DNA from: Cytophagales bacterium
Lineage (GTDB): Bacteria; Bacteroidota; Bacteroidia; Cytophagales; UBA9547
NCBI GenBank assembly: GCA_033765235.1
Contig: JANRIG010000036.1
Location: forward strand, 139,558 to 203,557
Reading direction: 5' to 3'
DNA length: 64,000 nt
Positions 18,108 to 28,706 of this stretch are shown here, in pieces. The translations under genes were made by a program, and so were the position numbers. Positions within the stretch are counted from its first letter, which is position 1. Every line of letters begins with the position of its first letter. Under the pieces are notes generated by a model. It was not told the DNA's origin. It worked only from the letters and a program-made list of their open reading frames with translations, and did not search any database.

Positions 18108-19367
18108 CTAAATAATCATTCCTGCACCCATGGTTTCGTTGGTGTACTCATCTATAAGTATGATGCTGCCTGTAGTACGGTTTTGTCTGTAAATATCGGG
18201 GAATATAGGCGTAGCACATTTTATTTTTACTTGACCTATGTCATTCATGTTGAGATAATTATCATCAGCTATATGTTCCATTGTACTGATGTTGAGTTTA
18301 TAATCTATATTTTTGACCATACATTTGGTTTGTCGTGAGGTATGGCGCAGCAGATATTTGGCATTGGGAGTAAGTTTTTTTTCATTGAGCCAGCACATCA
18401 TTACGGTAATCTCTTGGGTGGCAGCAGGGGAGTGTGCAGATTTGCATATCATATCGCCGCGGCTTATGTCTATCTCATCTTGCAGGGTAATGCTTACAGA
18501 CATGCCGGCGGTGGCTTCTTTCAACGCTACTTGACCATAGTTTATGGTCTTTACTTTGGAGGTAAGCCCGGTATGCATAGCTACCACGGAGTCATTTACC
18601 TTTACTGTGCCTGATTCTATGCGGCCTGCATAGCCTCTATAGTCATGATACTCTGTAGAGTGCGGTCTTATGATATATTGAATGGGAAATCTTAAATCTT
18701 CGGAATCAGATGCTTGTGCTATTTGTACAGTTTCCAAAGTTTCAAGCAAAGTGTGCTCGCTATACCATGGCATATTAGCCGTATGGTCTACCACATTATC
18801 GCCCAACAGTGCACTTATAGGTATGAAAATGAGATTGTTTATTTGCAGTTTTTTTGAAAATTCGAGGTATTGAAGTTTGATGTTTTCAAACACATCTTGG
18901 CTGTATTGTACTAAGTCCATTTTATTCACACACACCACCACATGTTGTATATTGAGCAAAGAGGCTATGATGCTGTGCCTGTAGGTCTGTTCTATCACAC
19001 CTTTGCGTGCATCTATGAGTATGATGGCAAGGTGAGCTGTGGAAGCACCTGTGACCATATTGCGGGTATATTGTATGTGTCCGGGAGTATCTGCAATGAT
19101 AAATTTGCGCTTTGGGGTAGCAAAATACCTGTATGCCACATCTATGGTGATGCCTTGTGCGCGCTCGTCGCGCAGACCGTCTGTAAGCAATGAAAGATCT
19201 ACATATTCTTTGCCTCTGTGCCTACTGCTCTCTTCTATGGCTTGAAGTTGGTCTTCAAATATTGATTTAGTATCGTATAGCAACCTACCTATGAGTGTGC
19301 TTTTGCCATCGTCCACGCTACCTGCAGTAGTGAAGCGCAAAAGATCCATATTGAAATAATTATCCAT
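18108..19367 (-). CDS. cysN: Sulfate adenylyltransferase subunit 1 (GTPase), no fused CysC domain
   Basis: LRFTTAGSVDDGKSTLIGRLL, LTDGLRDERAQGITIDVAYRYF, DTPGHIQYTRNMVTGAST, NKMD. Confidence 0.94.
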   Translation of the reverse strand: MDNYFNMDLLRFTTAGSVDDGKSTLIGRLLYDTKSIFEDQLQAIEESSRHRGKEYVDLSLLTDGLRDERAQGITIDVAYRYFATPKRKFIIADTPGHIQYTRNMVTGASTAHLAIILIDARKGVIEQTYRHSIIASLLNIQHVVVCVNKMDLVQYSQDVFENIKLQYLEFSKKLQINNLIFIPISALLGDNVVDHTANMPWYSEHTLLETLETVQIAQASDSEDLRFPIQYIIRPHSTEYHDYRGYAGRIESGTVKVNDSVVAMHTGLTSKVKTINYGQVALKEATAGMSVSITLQDEIDISRGDMICKSAHSPAATQEITVMMCWLNEKKLTPNAKYLLRHTSRQTKCMVKNIDYKLNISTMEHIADDNYLNMNDIGQVKIKCATPIFPDIYRQNRTTGSIILIDEYTNETMGAGMII

Positions 19368-19387
19368 AACTTATGTAAACGGGGATG

Positions 19388-19476
19388 CAAATATACGAGT
19401 CAATCCTATTATTTCAACCATATTATTTTATCAGGCATAAATATATGGCATGGTAATACAGTAACATGTATATTTG
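19388..19476. promoter_or_regulatory. Divergent sigma-A -7 elements for cysN (minus, 19388-19395) and gldF (plus, 19469-19476)
   Basis: Two TATATTTG matches to TAnnTTTG; the plus-strand one overlaps the ORF-track TTG start and supports the true gldF ATG at 19498. Confidence 0.6.
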
Positions 19477-19497
19477 TGCACTTTATGCATTGCCTTT

Positions 19498-20226
19498 ATG
19501 ATTGCTTTGTACCTCAAAGAGGTTAATTCTTTTTTGGACTCACTCACAGCTTATATAGTGATAGGGGTGTTTTTGCTATTCACAGGGCTATATACGTGGG
19601 TATTCCCGGACCAAAATGTGCTGGACTATGGATTTGCAACCATGGATGTATTGTTCAACTCAGGTCCTTACATATTACTATTCATCATACCTGCCATCAC
19701 CATGAAAAGTTTTGCGGAAGAGCGAAAAACAGGTACTTATGAAATACTTTTTACTAAACCACTCTCAGATATGCAAATTATTTTAGCCAAATATTTGGCT
19801 ACCTACACCCTCAGTGCATTGGCTATACTGCCCACATTAGTATATGCATACAGTATATACGAGTTGGGCAGCCCCAAAGGCAATTTAGATATAGCATCTG
19901 TGGCTGGTTCGTATGTAGGGCTATTATTATTGGCAGCACTTTTCACGGCATTGGGTATCATGGCATCTGCTATTACTGATAATCAAATAGTAGCGTACAT
20001 CATTGCAGTATTTTTATGCTATATGTTTTATACAGGTTTTGATACTATTTCTACATTAGATGTATTTTTCAGCCAATCTTTATTGATAAAAAAATTAGGC
20101 ATTATGGTACATTATGATACCCTCAGCCGTGGGCTCATAGATATGGGAGATGTACTATATTTTGTTAGTGCCATTATTATTACTTTACATAGTGTAGCCT
20201 TGTATTTGAGCCATAGAGCCCAATGA
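19498..20226 (+). CDS. gldF: Gliding motility-associated ABC transporter permease GldF
   Basis: MIALYLKEVNSF, IPAITMKSFAEERKTGTYEILFTKP, NQIVAY, HYDTLSRGLID. Confidence 0.9.
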   Translation: MIALYLKEVNSFLDSLTAYIVIGVFLLFTGLYTWVFPDQNVLDYGFATMDVLFNSGPYILLFIIPAITMKSFAEERKTGTYEILFTKPLSDMQIILAKYLATYTLSALAILPTLVYAYSIYELGSPKGNLDIASVAGSYVGLLLLAALFTALGIMASAITDNQIVAYIIAVFLCYMFYTGFDTISTLDVFFSQSLLIKKLGIMVHYDTLSRGLIDMGDVLYFVSAIIITLHSVALYLSHRAQ

Positions 20227-20232
20227 TTTTAT

Positions 20233-21915
20233 ATGTATTCAAATATTAAATACAGATATATCAATTTTTTCCTGATCATTTGCAACATATTGCTGCTCAA
20301 TTATATATTTGGATATTACCCTGTAAGGATAGACCTCACAGCCGACCAAAGATATACCCTGCACGAAACTACCAAAACTGTATTGCAAAATACAGAAGGA
20401 CATGTGATAGTAGATGTGTACCTCAGTGGCGATCTTCCGGCTGGCTTTAGAAGGTTGCAAAACAGCATAAGAGAAACTCTCACCGAATTTAGAACTCATA
20501 CTTCTGCCAATATTGAATATAGATTCAATGATCCTGCTGCCATAGCAGATGAAAAAGAAAGAAACGCCACTATGATGCAGCTTGCCCAAAAAGGACTGCA
20601 ACCCACCAATATATACCATACCAAAGATGGAAAGCAGACAGAAAAGCTAATATTTCCGGGAGCACTCATCACTTGCAGAGGCAAGCAAACTCCCATACAC
20701 TTTCTCAAAGGCAGCGAAGGTGCCTCGCCTCAAGAGATACTCAACCAATCAGTAGAAGGAGTAGAATATGAACTGATAAATGCTATAAAAATAGTAACCA
20801 CTCGCTACAAACTTCGCATAGCCATTGCCGCCGATCATGGCGAACCTAAAAATGCTGAACTCAACGACCTATATATGACCTTGAAAGACAGGTATATGAT
20901 AGAAAGGATAAATATATCTGAGACAGCCAATATCAAAGCCTATGATTTATTAATTATTATAAGACCTACACTATCCTACCAAGACGCTGATAAGCTCAAG
21001 CTAGACCAATATATCATGAACGGTGGAAAAATCATATTTTTCTTAGACCAAGCAATATTGCATAATAAAAATCTGAGCAATGAAGGCACCATGATTACTC
21101 CCGCACAGCACAATCTTGAAGACCTGCTCTTCAAATTAGGGGTACGTGCAAACCAAGATTTGATACAAGATATACAATGCGGTGCTATTCCTTTGGTGGT
21201 AGGCAGCATGGGCAATAGCGCACAGACTCGCCTCATGCCCTGGCCCTATCATGTGATACACAATAATTATGGCAAACATGCCACTGTACGCAACATGGGA
21301 GCTGTCTTGTGCAAATATGCCTCCACATTAGACACCGTGAAGGCCACAAACGTTACAAAGACTCCCCTCATATATACCTCATCATATGCACAAAAAATAC
21401 AACTACCCTACAAAGTGTCATTGGAAGATGCAAAAAAAAATTTGGAAACAGATATGAAAGGAGGCAAAAATTATATAACCGCATACTTGCTTGAGGGTAG
21501 GTTCAAGTCATTGTACAACAATAGGCTTTCGCAATATGTGATGGACTCCATAAAATATTTGAACGAATCCAAACACACCCGTATCATGGTATTTTCAGAT
21601 GCTGATTATGTGATAAACGAGGTGAGCACAGATGAGCAACAGGCTTTCCCACTCGGCTACGACAGGTATATAAGAAAAAAATTTGCCAATATAGACCTTA
21701 TACAAAACATAGTAAACTATATGCTTGATGATAAAAATATGCTAACGGTGAGAAACAAACAAATAGTGCTGCGCACACTTGACAAGAAAAAAATAACTGC
21801 AGAGCGGGCAAAGTGGCAAATAATCAACACTGTAGTACCACTCTTGTTATTATTTGCTTTTGGAATAATAAAATATTACCTACGTGTCCATAAATATGCG
21901 CAATATACCCCTTAG
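20233..21915 (+). CDS. gldG: Gliding motility-associated ABC transporter substrate-binding protein GldG
   Basis: RIDLTADQRYTL, YLSGDLPAGFRRLQ, QSVEGVEYEL, LDQYIMNGG, C-terminal TM; follows gldF. Confidence 0.92.
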   Translation: MYSNIKYRYINFFLIICNILLLNYIFGYYPVRIDLTADQRYTLHETTKTVLQNTEGHVIVDVYLSGDLPAGFRRLQNSIRETLTEFRTHTSANIEYRFNDPAAIADEKERNATMMQLAQKGLQPTNIYHTKDGKQTEKLIFPGALITCRGKQTPIHFLKGSEGASPQEILNQSVEGVEYELINAIKIVTTRYKLRIAIAADHGEPKNAELNDLYMTLKDRYMIERINISETANIKAYDLLIIIRPTLSYQDADKLKLDQYIMNGGKIIFFLDQAILHNKNLSNEGTMITPAQHNLEDLLFKLGVRANQDLIQDIQCGAIPLVVGSMGNSAQTRLMPWPYHVIHNNYGKHATVRNMGAVLCKYASTLDTVKATNVTKTPLIYTSSYAQKIQLPYKVSLEDAKKNLETDMKGGKNYITAYLLEGRFKSLYNNRLSQYVMDSIKYLNESKHTRIMVFSDADYVINEVSTDEQQAFPLGYDRYIRKKFANIDLIQNIVNYMLDDKNMLTVRNKQIVLRTLDKKKITAERAKWQIINTVVPLLLLFAFGIIKYYLRVHKYAQYTP

Positions 21916-22843
21916 TACCAAAATATTAGGTGCAGCTTTCATATCTATGTCACTTACAGCACTTTGGCTCACTACTACTGATGCCGGATATAATACACTT
22001 GCAGCACAAAAAAAAATGTTTGTAGTGGCAGATAGCGGTATAGTGAGCAAAGTGTGCATAGAAAAAGGTAAATCTAAAATCAATTTATTCATTCATAAGT
22101 ATGAATATAAGCTCAATGACTCACTATTGGCAGACTATGAACTGGCAAGCAACCTGATGATGTGGGTATATCAAGCCCAAATAAACGATGTAGGGCAAGA
22201 TGATATAAAACATTGGTTTGAAAAAAATAAGAATAATGTAGCAAAAATATCATATTACGTGGGCAATGAGCCTTATATACAATTTATTGCGTTGCCCGAC
22301 ACTGCAAATAATCAATGTATTTGGGCCAAAAGTGATGATGACAGCCAAATATATAAGCTGTCGTTAGCGGGCAGCGACCGAGATATATTGCCATTCACTG
22401 TGTCAGATATGAATGATTGGCGTAGCAAAATACTCTTTTCATCTATCCCCAAAACCATAAAAAATATTCAAGTACTGTTTAAAGCATCGCCCAAAGATAA
22501 TTTTGAAATATATCGCGAAAATGGCAAGTACTTTGTAAAAAATATGCCACAGGCAGATAGTGTTAAAATATTGAGCTATTTATACCTGTACAAAAAGGTG
22601 ACTATTCATCAATTCATTCAAAACAAACCCTTAAAAGACAGCCTTGTACAATTACAGCCACAATATGAAATAGCACTTAAAGACATCAATGATACTTACA
22701 GCAACCGTATAGGCATATATTACAACCCCCAAAGCCCCAAAATTATCTATGGATTGATCAATGATAATACAGATTTAGTGGTCATAAAACCTGCTATTTA
22801 TGAGTATCTCTTACAAAAAAGGAGCTTTTTTGAGGGAAAGTGA
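21884..22843 (+). CDS. DUF4340-like protein (gldFG operon partner)
   Basis: N-terminal TM anchor, NDWRSKILF motif, conserved position after gldG. Confidence 0.65.
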   Translation: MSINMRNIPLSTKILGAAFISMSLTALWLTTTDAGYNTLAAQKKMFVVADSGIVSKVCIEKGKSKINLFIHKYEYKLNDSLLADYELASNLMMWVYQAQINDVGQDDIKHWFEKNKNNVAKISYYVGNEPYIQFIALPDTANNQCIWAKSDDDSQIYKLSLAGSDRDILPFTVSDMNDWRSKILFSSIPKTIKNIQVLFKASPKDNFEIYRENGKYFVKNMPQADSVKILSYLYLYKKVTIHQFIQNKPLKDSLVQLQPQYEIALKDINDTYSNRIGIYYNPQSPKIIYGLINDNTDLVVIKPAIYEYLLQKRSFFEGK

Positions 22844-22845
22844 TG

Positions 22846-23664
22846 TTATTGTTTAGTTACATTAAGCATCAATGTATCAGAGTTAAAACCTGTAAATATC
22901 CCTAATCCGTTTTCTATATTTGTCTGAGGGTTATTAAGATTAAGCGAACTGTTGCTGCTACTTTGATAAAGTGCCGCATATTCTGGGTTTAGTACAAATA
23001 AGATAATAATGTGTTTGCCATAGTAAGAAAATGTTTGTGCATTTATTTGATGTTGACTGAGGGTGGTAGGCTCGTTTCTGAAAGTGGGTGAAGGTCTGTC
23101 AGTATTTTCATTTATTTTAGAAGGGTTACTCTCAATATTTTGTACTACTACCAAATAATACTTTCCTTCTGAGTTGTTCCATGTAAGTTTTACTGGTTCA
23201 GGAAATGTAGGCAGAGAGCCTCCGCCTGAGGGGGGTGTACCAGAACCAAAATTTATAGTTGGCATACTAATCTCTGTCACACTTTGTGCAAAATTTTTAG
23301 GTTTTTCAGGTACAGAAGTATACGTGGATACAAGCGTTTCATTATACTTAAAGCTGAGTGTGTATGTGGTATTGGGCATAATTATAGTATTATCATATAC
23401 AGTATATGTGCCGTTGCTTGTATTTGACAACGTAATAGTTGTGCCATTATAATTGATATTGACCGTTAAACCGTTAAGGTCGTTAAATGTTTCTGCACTA
23501 TTTTCACCAAAAGCACTTTCAATTTTTATTTTTACCATTGGTGCATATTTGGGATGTAAATATGCCTCTACAACAGGTTTTTGTGTATTTAGAGTAGCAT
23601 CATCTGATTGGCTGCAAGCCCAAAGCGATATTATGAAAATATATATTATCTTATTTTTTATCAT
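22846..23664 (-). CDS. DUF4249-family lipoprotein (TonB-dependent receptor partner)
   Basis: Lipobox LWAC, PVVEAYL, C-terminal TNIENGLGIFTG; overlaps the receptor stop codon. Confidence 0.75.
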   Translation of the reverse strand: MIKNKIIYIFIISLWACSQSDDATLNTQKPVVEAYLHPKYAPMVKIKIESAFGENSAETFNDLNGLTVNINYNGTTITLSNTSNGTYTVYDNTIIMPNTTYTLSFKYNETLVSTYTSVPEKPKNFAQSVTEISMPTINFGSGTPPSGGGSLPTFPEPVKLTWNNSEGKYYLVVVQNIESNPSKINENTDRPSPTFRNEPTTLSQHQINAQTFSYYGKHIIILFVLNPEYAALYQSSSNSSLNLNNPQTNIENGLGIFTGFNSDTLMLNVTKQ

Positions 23665-26450
23665 CTTAAATGTAATGAAAGTGTAATATTGGGAGTGATT
23701 CCTAAATAATTTACATTAGTCTCAATCACTTCATTATCTACCAAATCATATTTTTTGTACCATACATTGGTACGGTCATAGAGATTGAATACTGATACTC
23801 CAATGTATCCTATGCTTTTACCTTCGCCATTTTGTATATCATAGTTAGCAGCCAAATCTAGTCTGTGATAATCAGGCAATCTACGACTGTTTTTATCACT
23901 CACTGATATGTAGTCTCTATCAGTGCCGTCTAATAATTGTACACTGTATCCTCCCGATGGTGCAGTGTATGGTCTGCCTGTGGCATATATCCATGTGGCA
24001 GAGAATGTCCATCTCTTTAGTCTATACACCCCCACAATTTTATACTCATTAGTAATGTCTTGATTAGAAGGGAAATAGTCTTTGCCATATACATCAAATT
24101 TATTTTGTGCATTGAGTAATGTGTACCCTATCCATCCGTTTAGGTTTCCATACTTTTTTTGTAATAGCAGTTCCAGCCCTTTTACATTTCCGATACCGTT
24201 ATAAAAATTTTCTGTGTATGAAATACGATTGGGATTCACATTATACCTCAGAGTATATTCTGTAAGACCTTGATAATTTTTATAAAACACTTCTGCACTT
24301 ATTACATATTTGGAAGATTCGTAGGTGCTGCCTAAAATATAATGTTGTGAACTGCTCACAGGTATTTTGTCACTTTCAGACAAGAGCCAAAAATCTCTGC
24401 TCCCGGCCAATATATCTTCGCGTGTGATGCGGTTGGCAAATTGGTAGTATAATCCTGAGGCTGCTTTAAGTTTAAGTTTATCAGTCAGGTTATAGTTGGC
24501 TGCAAAGCGTGGTTCAATGTAGGGTTTACTTGTAACATCATAATAAGTGAGTCTGACACCGGGTGTGATTGATAGTCTGTTATCAATATTAATTTTATCT
24601 TGCAAATAAGCAGTAGCCGTGTGACCAATATTTTTCTTATCAAGTATTTTTAATGTATCACTTTGTGCATATGAGTAAGCAATATCGTATCTGGAAATGT
24701 GTGTGCCAAAGCCTACAGCATGGTTTCGTTTAATATCCCATGTGTAATCTCCTTTATAGGTATAATCAGTAAGCATATTATCTTCAAAAGTGCCATTTTT
24801 TATCGTTCTGTTTTCAGTGCTTGTAGATATATTAATATTTGCACTGCGGTCTCTGTTGCTATAGTAGTTTGAGAAACTGATTATTTGAGAACCAAAAAAT
24901 TTTTGATTCCATTTACGGCCCCATTTCAGGCTTGAGCCTATGTTGCCATATTGTGTTTTGTCGGTGGTCTCAATGTTTAAATTTATACCCCTGTTTGCAA
25001 AAAAACTTGGAGGTTCTATATTCTGTGAATTGTCGAGATCGTCAGTGCCGTTATATATACTGAGCGAAATAATGTCTTTTTCAGTTGGTCGATAGCATAT
25101 TTTACCATTAATATCGTAAAAGTAGGAGGTAGCTTTCACGTTTTCAAAACCTGCAAATCCTTGTCTGTTTCCACCTTGGGCAGGGTCACTATTTTGCTGC
25201 GTACTGTTAAATTTATCAAATAATTTATTGTATAGTGGTCCTTCATACGACCTGCGTACAGCCAGTAGTACATTTATTTTTTCACTCAAAGGCAGCTCAG
25301 CATATGCATTGGCACTCAGCAGGCTCACTTCACCACATACATTAAATGCTCTTTGATTGCCTTCTTTGCCTGTAATTTCTGTCACGCTCGATAGTCTGCC
25401 ACCATATTTGGCATCAAATCCTCCTTTGTATAGTTTTACATCTTTTATGGCGTTAGCGTTGAATGCACTAAAAAACCCATACAAATGGTCTACATGATAC
25501 ACTGTAAAACCATCATATAGTACCAAATTTTGGTCAGGGGTGCCTCCTCGTACATACAATCCCGATGACGACTCATTGCTTGCAGACACTCCGGGCATGA
25601 GCTGGAATGAACGCATCACATCTTTTTCACCTACATTGGGCAGTTGAGCAAGTTGCTTTGGACTTATTTGTACTACACTGGCTTCTTGTGGCACTTTGAG
25701 CAATGCCTCAGCATCACCCGATACAACTACCTCATTGAGCAATTTTTCATCTTCTGATAAGTCTATTCGGATATTATTCATATTCATTCCCTGATATAGC
25801 TTGATATATTCTTTTTTGTACCCTAAGTATGACACTATAATAGTGTTGGTATCAGTAGGAATGTTTTGTAGAGTAAAATAGCCGTCACTATTGGTCTCTG
25901 CCGTTGAGTTTCCATTTTTTACATAAAGTGTAGCGTATGGTATTGACTCACCTGTTTTGTTGTCTTTAATACTACCCGAAAGGTTAAAATTGAATAGTGT
26001 AGGTGCTGATGCCATAGCTTTGGCATTCTTGGGTGTAAATGTATTAATAGGCTTGGTTTTCGGCTCATTCTTACCTATAAGCACTATTTTATTATTTTCA
26101 ATGTAATATTTAAGCTTATTTTCTTTACAAATAGTTTCTATGACTTCTTTTAGAGAATTATTAAATGCGCGAAATACAAATTCAGTATTTTTATATTTTT
26201 CAGTATCATATTCAAAGCTTACCTTATGTTTAGTTTCCAATTTGCTCAATGTTGTTGATAATGACCCTGTAAATAATTCATCTACCATCGTATTTTTTAG
26301 ATAAGTTGTGCTTAGGCTGTCTTGGCCATATATTACTTTCACATTTATGGTCAATATTATGCTTAACCAAGCCAAGTTTTTTAGTAGGATGAAATATTTT
26401 ATTCTTTTAGCAGGCATATATAGCAAAATGTAGTTATAAATAATAGCCAT
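23661..26450 (-). CDS. TonB-dependent receptor (N-terminal STN-like and carboxypeptidase-regulatory-like domains)
   Basis: GESIPYATL, plug motif GLYVRGGTPDQNLVLYDG, KGGFDAKYGGRLSSV, barrel end LPDYHRLDL...FNLYDRTN. Confidence 0.92.
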   Translation of the reverse strand: MAIIYNYILLYMPAKRIKYFILLKNLAWLSIILTINVKVIYGQDSLSTTYLKNTMVDELFTGSLSTTLSKLETKHKVSFEYDTEKYKNTEFVFRAFNNSLKEVIETICKENKLKYYIENNKIVLIGKNEPKTKPINTFTPKNAKAMASAPTLFNFNLSGSIKDNKTGESIPYATLYVKNGNSTAETNSDGYFTLQNIPTDTNTIIVSYLGYKKEYIKLYQGMNMNNIRIDLSEDEKLLNEVVVSGDAEALLKVPQEASVVQISPKQLAQLPNVGEKDVMRSFQLMPGVSASNESSSGLYVRGGTPDQNLVLYDGFTVYHVDHLYGFFSAFNANAIKDVKLYKGGFDAKYGGRLSSVTEITGKEGNQRAFNVCGEVSLLSANAYAELPLSEKINVLLAVRRSYEGPLYNKLFDKFNSTQQNSDPAQGGNRQGFAGFENVKATSYFYDINGKICYRPTEKDIISLSIYNGTDDLDNSQNIEPPSFFANRGINLNIETTDKTQYGNIGSSLKWGRKWNQKFFGSQIISFSNYYSNRDRSANINISTSTENRTIKNGTFEDNMLTDYTYKGDYTWDIKRNHAVGFGTHISRYDIAYSYAQSDTLKILDKKNIGHTATAYLQDKINIDNRLSITPGVRLTYYDVTSKPYIEPRFAANYNLTDKLKLKAASGLYYQFANRITREDILAGSRDFWLLSESDKIPVSSSQHYILGSTYESSKYVISAEVFYKNYQGLTEYTLRYNVNPNRISYTENFYNGIGNVKGLELLLQKKYGNLNGWIGYTLLNAQNKFDVYGKDYFPSNQDITNEYKIVGVYRLKRWTFSATWIYATGRPYTAPSGGYSVQLLDGTDRDYISVSDKNSRRLPDYHRLDLAANYDIQNGEGKSIGYIGVSVFNLYDRTNVWYKKYDLVDNEVIETNVNYLGITPNITLSLHLR

Positions 26451-26474
26451 AATTCTATTATGGCTTGTGAGAGG

Positions 26475-26864
26475 TTATTTTTCAAAACGTGGTATATTTT
26501 CTTCCATTCTAGCTTTCAATTTTTGAAATTTAGCCCACTGCTCAGCACTTAGCAGAGATTTCAACTCATTTTCCATTTGTTGTTTTTGCTCTTCTATCAT
26601 ACTATGTACTTTTTGCAAGGTTTCTTCATAAGGTTTCATTTTTTGCTCCATTTCTTTGGCAAATTTTAAGTTGAGTTCAGATAGCTTTTTTTTCTGGTCA
26701 GTGTTCAATGCCAAATCTTTGCTCATCATATCAGTTTGCATTTGTGCCATTTTTTGAGGGTCAGGTTTAGTCCCGGGTACAAAATTTGGTTGTCCATGTA
26801 CGTTATTTATCCATGTCATTACAGCTATGGATGTAGTAATAAAGATGCTTTTTATAGTTTTCAT
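26475..26864 (-). CDS. Small secreted helical protein (Spy/CpxP- or DUF4890-like)
   Basis: Start reassigned to MKTIKSIF (ATG at 26864); signal peptide VHG-Q, M/Q/K/E-rich helices, LALNTDQKKKL and LLSAEQWAKF repeats. Confidence 0.6.
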   Translation of the reverse strand: MKTIKSIFITTSIAVMTWINNVHGQPNFVPGTKPDPQKMAQMQTDMMSKDLALNTDQKKKLSELNLKFAKEMEQKMKPYEETLQKVHSMIEEQKQQMENELKSLLSAEQWAKFQKLKARMEENIPRFEK

Positions 26865-26915
26865 AATTTTTCTTATTTTATTCAAATAGAAATAATTATT
26901 GCCTACATGTACATT

Positions 26916-26950
26916 ATGTATCGCCAAACGATGTATTTGTGTCGAAAAAA
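26916..26950 (-). promoter_or_regulatory. Putative LytTR operator 1 (direct repeat, 21-bp period)
   Basis: Minus strand TTTTTTCGA-N17-GCGATACAT, 52 nt upstream of the 26864 ATG; matches the site at 28707-28741. Confidence 0.5.
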
Positions 26951-26958
26951 TAGTTAAA

Positions 26959-27645
26959 TTATAGAGATATGATATTTGATAAGTCTTTGTATGATGCACC
27001 TACAGTGAGTTGTATGCCATCTTCTAAAATGATATTTTTTGCTCTTACTTCATTTATTTTTGAAATAGCCACTATATATGATCTATGTATTCTTGCAAAC
27101 ATTTTACTAGGTAGCTTGCTCACAATTTGTTTCATAGTCATCAATGTAAGTACTACTTTTTTACCGATTAGGTGTATCTTTACATAGTCGCCGTAGCTTT
27201 CTATATATACTATTTCCAATAAATTTATTTTGATAAGTGAATATTCAGAATACACAAATAGGCAGTCGGGTTGTCTGTGCGAACGTATATAGGTTTGGTA
27301 TTCATTGGCTTTATGTATCGCTTGTTCAAATCTGCTCTTATCAAATGGCTTAAGCAAATAATCTATAGCCTGCATGTTGAACCCCTCTGCCGCATATTGG
27401 CTATGTGCTGTAGTGAATATTATCATCATATCTTTAGGCAAATATTTGGCAAAGTTTGTGCCTAATACATCAGGCATCTGAATATCTAAAAATATAAGGT
27501 CACACTTTTGATGTTGAATATACGCAATAGCTTTAGAAGGTTGTGTAAATGTAGCACTCAATACTAATGAGGGTATGTCTTGTACATAATCTTTCAAAAT
27601 ACACAAGGCAAGTGGTTCATCATCTAAGGCTACAGCATTTATCAT
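26959..27645 (-). CDS. LytTR-family response regulator
   Basis: LDDEPLA, FLDIQMPD (phospho-Asp), FTTAH, DYLLKP; LytTR domain ESYGDYVKIH...RIHRSYIV. Confidence 0.95.
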   Translation of the reverse strand: MINAVALDDEPLALCILKDYVQDIPSLVLSATFTQPSKAIAYIQHQKCDLIFLDIQMPDVLGTNFAKYLPKDMMIIFTTAHSQYAAEGFNMQAIDYLLKPFDKSRFEQAIHKANEYQTYIRSHRQPDCLFVYSEYSLIKINLLEIVYIESYGDYVKIHLIGKKVVLTLMTMKQIVSKLPSKMFARIHRSYIVAISKINEVRAKNIILEDGIQLTVGASYKDLSNIISL

Positions 27646-28670
27646 TTCAATGTTATTTCCAAGTCCATTATATATATCCCATTGCGCTCATATTGTGAAT
27701 AGGTGTGTTTGTTTTCATAGCTTAAAGATAATCTTTTCAGCGCAGTTTGCAAGCCTATACCTGTTGAGTGAGGGGTAATATTTTTATATATTATATTTGA
27801 TGTATGCAATAGTAATTTTCCATCCTGTATTAATATTTTTATATGTATATTACATTCATTCTCGTTACTCACGCCGTGCTTAAATGTATTCTCAATAAAT
27901 GCTATCAATACAAGTGGAGTAATCAAATAATGGTTGCAATCACCCAAAAGAGAGTAATTTATCTTAACGTTATCTGGTATCCGCATACGTTCAAGAGATA
28001 TATAATCTTCTATGTACTGTATTTCCTGTTTCAATAGCACATACTCTTGATGAGACTCTGATATGACATAGCGCATCAGTGATGATAATTTAAGTATGGC
28101 ATCCGATGTCATTATGTTTTTTTTTATACTCAATGCATAAAGTGTATTGAGCGTATTAAACAAAAAGTGCGGATTTATTTGAAATTTTATTGCTTTAATC
28201 TCAGCTTTAAGCCTTTCATTTTCAGCAGCTTTTCTTTTTTCTTCTGATACATTCCACTCATGTATCAAGCGCGAACTGGTAGAAGCAAACAATATGGCAA
28301 GATACATGAATAAGTTTTGCATCAATCGCACCATTATCATGTTTTTTTCGGGTATAGGAATATATTCTGTATCTGGTTTTGGTACCAACATCAATGGTAC
28401 AAAAAATATAACAATTGCAGCCAATATACAAAATACTATATATATAAAATACTTTCTTTTGAGTACAAATTTAGGTACCAACACATAATAATTGATATAA
28501 TAATATGAAATAAGCAGCAGGTTGCATATAAATAATAATGTAAAACCTATCATATCAGCTACTGCAGTGTCTTCAGGCTTGATGAGTGGTTTGGGAATAA
28601 TAAAAATTGGTAACACCAAAAATCCTATCCAAGCAGGTATATGTAGCCAAAGATTAATTTTTTTTTGCAT
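27642..28670 (-). CDS. LytS/YehU-type sensor histidine kinase
   Basis: Four TM helices, KFQINPHFLFNTLN (H-box), ENTFKHG, TGIGL. Confidence 0.93.
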   Translation of the reverse strand: MQKKINLWLHIPAWIGFLVLPIFIIPKPLIKPEDTAVADMIGFTLLFICNLLLISYYYINYYVLVPKFVLKRKYFIYIVFCILAAIVIFFVPLMLVPKPDTEYIPIPEKNMIMVRLMQNLFMYLAILFASTSSRLIHEWNVSEEKRKAAENERLKAEIKAIKFQINPHFLFNTLNTLYALSIKKNIMTSDAILKLSSLMRYVISESHQEYVLLKQEIQYIEDYISLERMRIPDNVKINYSLLGDCNHYLITPLVLIAFIENTFKHGVSNENECNIHIKILIQDGKLLLHTSNIIYKNITPHSTGIGLQTALKRLSLSYENKHTYSQYERNGIYIMDLEITLK

Positions 28671-28706
28671 TAGCCAAAATAAAAACTTAAATAAATGTAT
28701 AATATT

